Source: Camelus ferus (lineage: Eukaryota). From it: a DNA stretch of 64,000 nt. Under the pieces are notes generated by a model. The model saw only the letters and a list, made by a program, of their open reading frames with translations. It did not search any database and had not been told where the DNA came from. The position numbers and the translations under genes are program-made. This document shows positions 50,150 to 62,022 of the stretch, in pieces. Within the stretch, counting starts at the first letter, position 1. The number at the start of each line of letters is the position of its first letter. Where the stretch lies: positions 6,078,001 through 6,142,000 of the forward strand of contig NC_045696.1 of assembly GCF_009834535.1 (NCBI RefSeq), in the 5' to 3' direction.

Positions 50150-52140
50150 CATTTAATAGAGCAAATTAACAAAGCCAAAACCAAAGTCCTTTATAGAGAT
50201 TCATTAAATAGATAAAGCTCTGGTGAGGCAGATTAAGGAGAAGGACAGAAGACACAAATAACCAACACAAAGAATTAGAAAGGAGAAAGCACTGCAGTTT
50301 CTAGAGTAAGTGGATATAATGGCTAACTTTGTTGCAAAACATATAAAAATTAAGGTAATAATTCACAAATTCCTAAAAAGAATGCAATCTACCAAAATAA
50401 CATTTAAAAGAAGACAAGTCAGGATAGTCCTACAACTATGAAAATAATCAAATCCAGGATTTACTCCCCTGGCTACTGGCTACTCCCCCCCCCCCAAATC
50501 TTTGGGATCAGAGGGCTTTACCAGCAAACCTAACAAATATTTAAGGAAAGGCTATCACTAAAATTACATAAACTGTTTCATAGAGTAAAAAAAAGAACCA
50601 CTTCTCAATTGTTCACAAGAGCGTATCCCTGATACAGAAACCTTACAGGCACGTCACACAAAAGGAAGAATTACAGGCCAATCTCATGAATGCAATACAG
50701 ATGCAAACATCAAAAATCAAATCTTAACACATCAAATCCAACTAAATGGAAAAGGATGGCACATGATGGCCAAGTTTGGTTTAATCCAAGAATACAAGGT
50801 TGATAAACATTTGAAAACAAATCATTGTAAATTTACCACATTAACAGAATAAAGGAGAAAATAACAAGATCTTCTCAGTGGATGCGGGAAAAGCATTTTA
50901 TAAAATTCAACATCCATGTAGGAGAAGTCTTAGCATACCGGTAATGGCTACAAACTCCCTTGATTTACCAATTGATAGCTATAGGAAACCTATAAAGAAG
51001 TCCCATCCATTATGGTACAGTGTTGAAAGCCTTACCTTTGAAATCAGCAACAAGGCAACCTACTATTGCTACTTTTATTCTACATTGATTGGAGGTCCTA
51101 GCCAGTGCAATAAGACAAGAAAAAGAAACACAAACAAGGGTGGTAAGGCAAGGAAAAGAAATACAAGGTACAAGGTTTGCAAAGGAAGAAATAAAATGAT
51201 CAGTATCCCCAAATGCTGATATAATTATGTATATAAAGAATAAAAAATGAATTAGGATTCCATTAAATTAGTCCTATCAATAAGTAAGTTTAGCAAGGTT
51301 CCTTGATACGAGGTATGTATACAAAACTGAAGTTACCCAATAGAAAAATGGATGAGGTTTGAAGATACTCGACCAGGAAGGATATTCGAATGTCAGATAA
51401 ATATAGGAAGAGATAGAAAAATACAAATTAAAGACATACTGAGATTCTACAACAAGCTCACCGGAGGAACTCTCTCCATACACTGCAGCACTCATCACTG
51501 ATGGCATCGGTTCAGTGTTAGCTACAAAAGTGCGTAAGTGAATGCCTTCTTTCCTAGTAACTCCACTCCCAGGCAAGCGCCCAGAAGAAAAGCATGTCTG
51601 TGTTTACCGAGACACTGGACAAGAATCTTCACAGCAGCATTATTTGTAGTCTCTTTAGACTGGAGGTGACCCAACTGCCCATCAACAATGGAATGGATTC
51701 ATGAAAATGTTATTTTCACACAACAAACTACTGCACTGCAGTGAACTACAGTTACATGAATGTGAATGGCTCTCACAAACATAATAATAAGCAAAAGAAG
51801 TCAGATACTCAACAAAATCCTCAGTAGGATTCCACTGACAGAGAGTTTAAAAAATAGGCAGAAGTTAACTATGGTGTTAGGGGAGCCCATGCTTAGGTGG
51901 AAAATTATAGAAGAGCAAGAACACGTTCAGCAAAAGTCAGGAAAGGATGACGGCTGTCTTTGGAGGGGAGGAGGGTATAGTACCTTGAGGGGACACTAGG
52001 GAGTGTCAAGTGATCCCAGTGTTCTTTTTCTTGACCTGTGGCATTGTTATGTGTGTGTGTGTGTGTGTGTGTTTATCATACTGAGCTGTTCATTTCTTAC
52101 ACGTTTCTGTATGTGCAGTATGTTTAACCTGAAAAGCCAT
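50150..52140 (+). mobile_element. Degenerate old L1 (ORF2 RT region to 3' UTR), fragmented
   Basis: ORF 50878 begins DAGKAFYKIQHP (compare L1 RT DAEKAFDKIQHP). Also ggaggtcctagcca.tgcaataagacaagaaaaa and cacagcagcattatttgt...actgcccatcaaca.tggaatgga. A (TG)n tract lies at ~52050-52072. Confidence 0.8.
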
Positions 52141-55100
52141 AGCACAATTTCCCTACATTTTAAAAATACCAAGTTGTTTGGGTCTGTTATTGGTGATGTT
52201 TGGATAACTATAGTGAGGAAAACCGGGTAATCTATACCCGGGAGCCTTGATGATCCCACTTGTGTGTGCTGGTTGTTGCATAACTATGGCGATAAACAGC
52301 ACATTGGTCAGGATAGGGGAGAGGAACCCATCATTATGATTCTGTTCATAAGCACTTTTTTTTTTTGGTACTAAATAGGAAGGAAGGTCAGAGATACAAT
52401 GTTTCCAACAGGCTTTAAAATTTCACCTGGTTTAAAGAAACAGCAGTGTTACTGTGAGACAATACTATGACAGCTGAGAAGGTCTGTTAGAGAAAGATTC
52501 TAAAGACTGGTCAGGGCTGCCAAGACAAAAGATTTATATTCTATGAGTCATTGAATCCACACAGTAGGAACCCAGGATACAACTGCTGTGGCAAATGGGG
52601 AGTCTACAGTCAAAGCACGTAGGAGGTCAACAGATCCCAGGAGAGAACGTGCTTCTATTGCAAAGTTGGTCATGATAGACCAGGGTGGTCACGTTGACTA
52701 AAGGTGCAGGCAACGTAATCCTTTGCCTCGCCAGGATCATGGACCAAGGGGTTCATTATAACAGACTTGCAAGTATAAGCTGTATGTGTGTGGGACTTTG
52801 TAGCCTACAAACTTTGCTTGCATACCGTAGTTTCATTTTCTTTTCAACTCTGTTGGGTAGGCAAATCCACTATTATTCCTCCCACCTGCCGCACAAGGAG
52901 ACCAAGACTTGGGGAGATTAAATAGTTTTTCTCAGGGTTGCAAGGCTGGTAATAGGGGCAAGACTTTAGCATTTGAGTTTAGCACCTGCCCCCTTGTATC
53001 CGTGATTTTCAATAAGTGGTCCTTGGAGTTCCTCCTAGGGGTTCAGAAATCCGTAGCAGTGAGAAAATACAACTCTTACACTTATACCACCATTTTCACA
53101 TGAATGTGTTTATTACACGTGATAGAAGACAAAATCTTGTTACGCTGTTAATGAATTCACAGTGCCTTTGACTCAGTAGGACCACAAATATTTATTGAGC
53201 ACCTACTGTGTGTTGGGTGATTTCTAGAAGCTGGAGATACAGAAGTGAATAAGACAGAAAAAGTTCCTGTCCCCTGGGAGTTGATTTTCTTGTCAGGAGA
53301 GAAAGACAGCACACGAGTCCAGTAGTAATAGAGTTGAGAGAATATGAAATGTTGTGAAGAAGATAAAACAGCCCAAGGGGAGAGCGTGATTGTGGCGGAG
53401 GTGAGTATGGGGGTAAGCCCCCTCTCCAGAAAGCTGAGAGTGCCCCAGCCCTGCACAAAGCCTGCCCTAGCGGCAAGAGGTGCAGGAGGATCGTTTTGTA
53501 AGGTCAACATCCTTACACGAGATGCTGGATTTCCACAAGTCCTGGATGGCATGAGGGAGGTGTCACTGCGGAAGCAGTTTTGCTAACAGAAGACGATCAA
53601 AAGGTCATTAAAAGCCTTTCTTGCTTTTGGTTGTACCAGATCGAACTGTGATTGTGATTTGCACTTATTAAAATAAGGGGCAGTTTATGGAATAATATCA
53701 CAATGCTTTTAAAGCAGAGAACATTCTCAAAGAAAATGATCTTGGACGCTGTTGAAGATTACCGATTTGGGGGACAAACTGTCATCGCTGTAAATTTAAG
53801 ACTCTGAGTGTGCTTTTTTTTCTTTTTTTAAACCGCTTAAGAAAACGTCAACACTTGAAATATTTGACTTTCTTGCCCAAGGAACTCTCACTTTGCCCTC
53901 GTAATGACTGTGTGTGACGCCCAACTTGGCAAGCTTCACGTGGCAGGCTACAAGAGAAACTGCCTCCCACCAAGATATTATCGAAGCCACAGACACATTT
54001 TAATTTTGTTTAAGAACAATTAAGGATGGATCATCTTTGCTTTCAGCTGAAGATTTCCCCTAGCCAGAATTTTCTCCAATTACACAATAAATAATGGGTG
54101 TCTCATTCTTCGGATTATTTCCACATGCTATAGCTTGTCTTCTAATGTAAAGCACATTCAGCTGTCAGATGGGAACGGAATGTTCTCGAGACTTGTTCTT
54201 GGAAACTCTATGTACTTTGCTTTCTTCTTTGTTTTTTTAAAAAAATCTTACAGAGCTTGTCTAAACAAATTTGGCCCGGTCTTGAACCAATCCTCGCTAA
54301 GACGAGGAAATGATAAGACAAGCACTACATTAAAAAGACTTGAGAGAGAGAGAGAGTTAAAGGGATGAAATGGTATTACATTTTCAGGAAAGTCAACTGA
54401 TTTTTTCCTCCAGAGTTTTTAGGAATTGTCCATTGGGTGAAGGCAGAGATCAGTCATCTCCGTTTCCAGAAGATGCTATGTGAGCTGCCTGTGTGGTTGT
54501 GGGTCCCCAAGGCAGCCACCTGCCCCTTCTGCTGTAAGAGGACCCACGTGCCCTTCACCCTCGCTGGAGCAGCCCTGCTCATCCCACTACCCATCAGCTT
54601 TTTCAAAAATGAAGTGGTTTTTCCCCAGAAATATAAGCAGCAAAATTGCCCTAGGAATTGAGGAGGTCCCTGTGGCCCACCGTATGTTGAATGTGGAGTG
54701 TGGTTTTCCATTTTGCCCAGGAGACCAAGCTGTCACTGGGGCCTCTGAGAAGGTGGCCCCTCCAGGGCGGGGCAGGGGGAGATGGAGGTGGGGGTAGGGC
54801 AAGGGTGTGGGGTGGAGATTTGTCCAGATGTCCTGTCCTGGGGAATCAGGCTGGACGTCTCCTTTCAGTCATCCTGGGCTGATAGCAGGGACACAGAGGA
54901 AATGGTTCCCAGAGTAGGGAGAGCCACCACGTGGAAGGGGCTTCCCCAGCCGGCCCTTGGGGGATTTATCTGTGTCTCAGGAGAACTCACGATGACACAG
55001 CAGGAAACCCAGGCTCTCGGGGAGGAAAGTGGCCGCTCGACTGGTGGAAGAGGACAGGGATCCTGCAGAAGCTGTCTCAGTCCAGAGTCCCGGGGGTACT

Positions 55101-56445
55101 TGTGTGAGTGATGGCCCAGGTGTTGGGTGCGGACCCTCCATCCCCACTCCGTCCCTGCGACCCACCAAAGCCACAGAAGGTGCTGGAAAATGCAAGTTCC
55201 TATCCTTCCCGCCTTCCCTAAACACCACTCCTTTTGCTTGGTGGGGTCTGAAGTGGCCCCCAGCAAGGGCACCTTTCCCTCCAGATGAGAGAGGAGGCTG
55301 GAAATGTAAACACCAGGTTGTCACTATTGAACATGGTGACTTTCACCCCAAGAGTCATTTTCAAAGATAGCGCAGCCAGATGGAGAGATGCCAGTCTTAT
55401 AACCTGCAGGACGGGGCTCAGCGGAGAGCAGAGAGGACCGGGGAGGCCACGGGCAGTGTCAGCTCTCCCCAACACACCGCCTCCTTCCCGGGATCCCTGG
55501 GGACTGACTCCTACCTTGGGCGGCAGCCCTGGGGGGGATGCTGCCAGGTGAGGTGCTCTGTCTGGGAGAGGGCGGAGCCACACAGTCCCTTATGTGGATG
55601 GAGGGAGATTCCCCAGCCGCTTCTTGTTTATATGAGGAAAGATGTCAACCTCTGGTTGGCAGGAGCAGCTGAAGGAGAGAACTAATTGGTGTCTTTGATT
55701 TCCCGCCACCGCAGGTGGAAGTCACCTCTCCTGCTGTGAGTCGCGGTGGGTGTGCATTAGGTGTCCGGTCCCCCTCAGGGGCTCACAGGTGCTGGTGCCA
55801 GCCTCCCGCGGGACGTATCAGAATCATTCCTGGTCTCATTTCCCCAGCATGTGTCTGCGGATGCCACAATCCTTGCTCCTGGAAGGGTAAGAAAATGGCT
55901 CTTCGCAGAGGGAAGAGGGGAGAAGGGGATGCGAGGATCTGGCTGAACAGAACTGAGTTTGGAAATGACATGATGGGCTGGACAGATTTGAGCAAGGTAG
56001 GAGCAGGGAGAAAATGAGAAGAGATGCAAGGAGTCATTTGGAATATACGGAGAGGGAGGAGCAGCAGGAGGTGAGGGGCACCCCACAGACTTCCAGGAAT
56101 TTGATGAAAGGAGAAGAAGAGGTCTAGAAAGAGATGGAAGAAACCAAGAGAAAGGCTAATGGGCATATACTTGAAAAAGTACGACAGAGCCAAGCCAGCT
56201 CTCAGCTCGGTACTGTCATCTGGTTCTTACCCATCCAGGGGTCCCCACACATCAGGGCTGAGTTTGCTTGTTAAGTCAGCAGTTATGAAAGCTCCTTGCA
56301 TGCCAGGCAGCAATGATGGGGGCAAGTTCCTGGACTCACAGCTCCAGGGTGGCCTCGCGGCTCCCCTGGGGGGTCAGTCCTGTGTGGTCTGAGAGTCTTT
56401 CTTGAGCTCCATTCCGTGTTCTGTAAGCAGGAGTCCCTGTTGTCA

Positions 56446-56676
56446 GATACACACTACTGTATATAAAATAGATAAACAACAAGGACCTACTGTACAGCAC
56501 AGGGAACTACATTCAATTTCTAATGAGCTGTAATGGAAAAGAATCTGAAAAAAATACATATGTATGTTTGTATGTATATGTGTAACTGAATCACTTTGCT
56601 GTACACCTGAAACTAACATTGTAAATAGACTACACTACAATAAAAAATAAGAATTTTTTAAAAAGCTCATAAAAGG
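56446..56676 (+). mobile_element. Short L1 3' UTR insertion with perfect 13-bp TSD
   Basis: gtccctgttgtca at 56433-56445 and 56677-56689 flanks ctactgtatataaaatagataaacaacaaggacctactgtacagcacagggaac...caataaaaaataa. Confidence 0.9.
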
Positions 56677-56774
56677 GTCCCTGTTGTCAATTCCTCCCTG
56701 TGTGACTCCCCTACAGTAGTAGCTCCCGATCCAAGCCTCTGTGTTCCCAGGCTGCAGCTAATACTCTCCCCTCC

Positions 56775-56955
56775 TGTGACGGACTGAACTGTGTCCCTCC
56801 CCTGCGCTCCGCAAGCCACTCGCTGACGTCCTCACCTCTGGGACCTCCAAATGGGACTGCAGTTGGAGACAGGGTCTTTAAAGAGGTAACTGAGGTCATG
56901 ACAGTGGGCTCTGACCCAGTCTTTATAAAAAGAGGAAATAAGACACACAGACACA

Positions 56956-56997
<42 letters not shown>

Positions 56998-57182
56998 AAA
57001 GACCATGCGAGGACACAGGAAGGAGACGCCATCCACAAACCAAGGACAGAGGTCACGGAAGGAACGACCCCGCAGACCCCTTGATCTGGGACCCCCAGCC
57101 TCCGGAGCTGTGCGACAATAAATGTCCTCCAGCAAAGCCCCCAGCCCGTGGTTCTTTGTTAGGACAGCAGCAGCTGACAGCA
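56775..57182 (+). mobile_element. MaLR LTR (MLT1B/A-like) containing a (CA)n expansion at ~56942-56994
   Basis: tgtgacggactgaactgtgtccc...ggagacagggtctttaaagaggtaa...ccttgatctgggac.cccagcctcc.gagctgtg.gacaataaatgtc. Confidence 0.85.
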
Positions 57183-57239
57183 CCACCTCCCTCACCTTCT
57201 TCCCCTGCCTAGGGCGCCCTCCCCGAGACTTCCCATAGC

Positions 57240-57520
57240 TCAGCTGCTGCAAGTCCTCACTCAGACGCCGCCTTCCGTGACCGCTCTACCTGAACGGGGA
57301 GCCCCAGCCCTCCGGTCCCTTCCCCGCCCGACTTCTTTCCCTGGCACTGAACACGCCATTTCTTCTACTTCTGTTTGTCATTGGTCTCCCCCGCCAGATG
57401 TAAGCTCCCTGCGGGAAGGTGTTTTCCTGTTTTGTCTGCTGCTGCCACCCAGGGTCTAGTACAGTGCCTGACACATGGTGTTGCTGCCTTTTTCTGAATG
57501 AATGAGTGAATGAATGTATT
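57240..57520 (+). mobile_element. L2 3' end relic
   Basis: agatgtaagctccctgcggg...ctagtacagtgcctgacacat...tgaatgaatgagtgaatgaat. Confidence 0.7.
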
Positions 57521-59599
57521 GAGTGCCCTCCATGGGCCCCGTATTAACTCCATCCTCACAAATAACTCCCAGAAGTAGGCGTTTCTGTCATCTCCATTTG
57601 AGGGCAGAAAGGTGAAGCAGCCCCCCTGCAGGTGCACTCTGTGTGGGCAGGAGAATGTGGATTTGAACACAGGCAGCCTGCCTCCAGTGTCCTGGCCCCG
57701 AAAGCTTTTTGTCTTGGACAAAAGTCCCCGTGCCCGCCCACGTCTGTGTTCAGAAGTACAGCTGGGGTTCAGGCTGGGGGTCCCAGGCAGGGAGCTGAAA
57801 ATGCAAATCCAGGGTCGGCAGAGACCAGTTTGGAACTATCTAGAAATAAGCGATGTTTGAAAGCAGGGTCCGGGGCAAGACAGACCATATGGAGGGCCTG
57901 AGGTCTCCTTTTTTAAGGAGGAGACCCCTGCTTTCAAGTCACACATTTTAAAATGCAGTCACAGCTCATCTCATGTACATATGTACTTGGCTATAAAACA
58001 ATTTGAAACTTTTTACACATTTGTTTAAAATATGAGTTGTTTTATGTTTAGCTAATTTGTATAGGCAACCAACCTGTATCCTTAGGAATGCTTTTGAGTC
58101 ATAAAATCAGACTTACCCATTGCTTTAAAATATAATGGAACTTTTTGAACAGCAAATTTAGGCATTTTTAAAGTTGATAAATGATGTGTTGTGTACACGT
58201 TTAATTAAATGGTTTTTTTTTCACAGTTTTCATTTTCTGGGGATTATATATATTTTTCTTTCACCAAATTTTAAATATTTTTTTGTCATCTTGTGAGAAG
58301 CTTGAGCCCCTGGGCCCGGTGTCTAAGTTGGCTGTGAGCAAGGACCACCCACGGCAGCCAGGACTGGAGGTCAAGGCTGCAGGTTCTGAAGCCAGACCAC
58401 TCGGTCCGGTCCCGCCCTATCACTTTGTGGTGCCCTGAGCAAGTGACCAGCTCCCTCTGTGCCTCAGTGTCTTCTCCAAAGTGGAAGTGACACTAATCTC
58501 ACCATCCTTGCTGGGGGGCTTGTGAGGGTGACAGTGAACTGAGTGAGAAGCATGAGCTCAACACGTTAGTTCTTTTTTTTAAAATAGATTTTTACTCATA
58601 TTTTCCTCTTCTCCTCATTCCTAATGTGTGTGTGTTGATCTCTTCTGTCACCTTTTTTTTTTTCTGACATTGGCTGACCAATTCTATTTTTTATTACACT
58701 TAAACTTGAGACACAAAACAACTTCCCATCAAAGCCTGCACTGGAGAATTGGCAATGAGTATCGACAAACGTTAGTGCTTGTTGTCATGGGATGGAAGGT
58801 GCCGAGGACAGCCTGGGAATGCCCACGTGTCAGGGGCTTCAGGACAAAGCGGAGGAAGGAAGAGGAGGCAGAGACGGGGGGAGAGCCACACACGAGAGAG
58901 GGTGTCAGGAAGGAGAGCGCATCATACGAGAAGGAGCCCTTCTGAAGGTGGGAGCCAGCCCGAGGCACCCCGACAAGTGGGAACAACAAAGATCGGAAGA
59001 GTGTGGGAGAAGCACACTTTCACATAGCGTTGGGGTCCATTTGGGAAGAAATGAACCACTTTGCGTGTATACAACAAAATCAAAGTTTTTCCTTTGATGG
59101 AGTTTCTTTCTTTCTTCCTTTTTTTTTTTTTTTTTTCAATTCCCTTTCCAGTTGTTCACTTTTGTGAAATGTTGTGTGGGTTTATCAGGGACACAAGGAA
59201 GAAACACAACTACACACTTTGCTGTCTGTGTGTGAGCTGAGTCACAGATGCGCTGTGACCAGCCACCAAGAGACTGAAAGCAGTGACATGATTACCTGGG
59301 CAGCCCTCTGTGGGGGAAGGGTTAGCGTGGAGGTTTGTGCCTGATGCGGTTACTTACAGGTGGTGCACCCTGGGCGCCAAAATTTGAACCATGTTGTTGG
59401 GGGACCTGATATTAAGTAACTAGACCATGGTGACTGGAATTGGTATGTATGGTGACAAGGCGAGGGCTGGATGCTTGATTTTCTAACACTGATGACATTT
59501 GCTTTTTGGTAAGTACCTAGGGTTCCCATGCTGCTTCGTTGCTCTGGAGACCACCTTTTCCATCCAGTGAAGATGAGCTAAGCTCCTGTAACACGCTTC

Positions 59600-59830
59600 T
59601 GGGGTGAGGGGCTTCAGTCCAGTCTCAGCGACTTGTTGGCTGTATGACCTTGGCATGTGACCCAAACCCTCTGTGTCTCTGTTTCCTCTCTTGTAACATA
59701 GAGATGGAATTAATAACGCCCACTCACAAGGTATTTGTGAGGGTTAAATAAGGTAATATACATAAAGCATTTACAACAGAGCCTGGCTCACGCTGTGAGC
59801 CGTAAATGTGTGAACTATTAGTTTTATTAT
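59600..59830 (+). mobile_element. MIR relic
   Basis: gctgtatgaccttggcatgtgacc.aaccctctgtgtctctgtttcctc...gtgagggttaaataag.taatatacataaagcattta.aacagagcctggc. Confidence 0.7.
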
Positions 59831-61171
59831 TTAAAATAGCTAACTTTGGGCATTTCCTGAGTTCAGGGGCAATGCTAAGAAAACTACAGGCTTTGCCTTA
59901 TCAGATCTCCATAGTAGTACTAAAAGAAGGTTCTAGAATACCTATTTTACAGATGCAGAGACTGAGATTTGGAGAGACATTTAATGTTTCTGTGATCACT
60001 TTGGGCTCAAACCAGTCTGACTCCAAAGGCAAAATTTTAAACCCCTTTGTCATACTTCTTTAATCATCAGAACTCTGAGGACGTCTGGTTGATAACCATT
60101 CCCATATACACACAGTTAACATGCACATCCATTTAGTCAATATAATACCCAAATTATTTACTGTGCAATCAATTAGGTCCTATCTATACCTGTCCTTATG
60201 TTATCATGGTCACAAGAACTTTTCTGTCTCTATCTGTCTGAAAAGTAGATTTCTGCATTCTGGTTCATTCTTTAAGGTTTATATAAATTTAGATCCTAGT
60301 ACAGATCTGCTTAACACAAAATCATGAGCTTACCGCCCTAAGACAATGGAGATAACTTAGTTCTATGATAATTTCCGGGAAACTTCAGATTAAATTTCTT
60401 TCAATCTACTTTGAGGTGTAAATATTTCTCCTGGGGAATCTTTGGGTTTAGCTTTCTAATTTGATTTAGAAAAAAAAAGGAAGTGGCATCTCTCTGCTTC
60501 ATGGAGAGCAAGGCATTTCAGTGCATTTGGGGGATGTTCAGCTATCTGTGTAGGTGTTTTTAATAAGTTAGTTCACCTAATTGTATTTCCTCTCCACTAA
60601 ATAAGAAATGTGTTACCCTAATGGGTTTAATCTTTCTAAATTATTTTCTGGTTTTAATTGTGCTGTTTCCCACAAGTGCCTAATTTCATTACAAGATTGT
60701 AATGCGTTTCTGTGAAAAGCTTGCTTGCACATTAGGAATGCGGGGAGTCAAATGTTTAGAGAGGGATTGAAAAAAGAGCATGCTTATTCCCTTTCTCAAG
60801 AGTGAGCTGAGAAATGCCCTAATGCCCTCCGGCCCAGTCGTTCGGGTCTTTTGGAAGGTGCAGACTATGAGGGACCTGACCCAGTCAGGGGCTGAGGAAA
60901 ACCCCCACCTGTCCCAGGACAAGTCAAGATGTAGCTCATGACTTGCACTCAGAAGGCTGGGATGATGTTCCCTCACCTGGAACCGCTTCACTTCCAAACC
61001 TATGTGCTTTGGCTGAAATGATAGCAAAGACATGTTTAGATGACATGCATGAAAAAGACTGGCTATGAGGTTGTAATACTAGCTTTACGTGTTAGTTCCC
61101 CTCTACAGACTTTTTGCCCTTACAAAGGCTCTGACAAGTCCTGTGGTCAAGAAATCCACTTAATTTCTCTT

Positions 61172-62022
61172 AAATGCAAATCAAAACTACAATGAGATAT
61201 CACCTCACACCAGTCAGAATGGTCATCACTAAAAAGTCTTCAAATGATAAATGCTGGACAAGGTATGGAGAAAAAGGAATGCTCCTACACTGTTGGCCAG
61301 AATGTAAATTGGTGCAACCACTATGGGGGACAGTATAGGCGGGTTCCTTAAAAAACTAAAAATAGACTCAACCATATGATCCAGCAATCCCACTGCAGGG
61401 CATATATCTGGAGAAAAATATAATTGAAAAAGACACATGCACCCTGGTGTTCATAGCAACACTATTTACAATAGCCAAGACATAGAAACAACCCAAATGT
61501 TCACTGACAGATGACTGGATAAAGAAGATGTGGTATATATACACAATGGAATACTACTCAGCCACAAAAAAGAATAAAATAATGCCCTTTGCAGCAACAT
61601 GGATGGACCTGGAGATCGTCATTCTAGTTGAAGTAAGCCAGACGGAGAAAGAAAAATGACATATGATATTGGTTATATGTGGAATCTGAAAAAAAAAAAA
61701 GACACAAATGAACTTATCTACAAAACAGAAATGGGGTCACAGACATAGAGAACAAACTTATGCTTACCAAGGGATAAAGAGGGCGGGAAGGGATAAATTG
61801 GGAATTTGAAAATAGCAGCTCTTAGGGGAGTGATGGAAATATTAGCTATCTTGATTGTGATAGTGGTTTCATTGGAGTATCCATCTGTCAAAATTCATCA
61901 AAGTGTACATCTGAAATCCGTGTAGTTTACTGTACAGGAATCATACCACAATAAAGATGTTTTTAAAAAAGAATTTAGATTTACAAGGAGAAATCAAGTA
62001 AAATGTGAAAAAAAAAAAAAAA
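61172..62022 (+). mobile_element. Chimeric L1 insertion: young L1 ORF2 end and partial 3' UTR, older L1M 3' end, A15 tail, bounded by a ~25-bp imperfect direct repeat
   Basis: L1 ORF2 sequence at 61172-61690 (aaatgcaaatcaaaactacaatgagatatcacctcacacc...), 3' UTR to ~61818, then L1M-type gatggaaatatt...tatcttgattgtg.tagtggtttca. Poly(A) at 62008-62022. Flanking repeats at 61149-61173 and 62021-62045. Confidence 0.85.
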
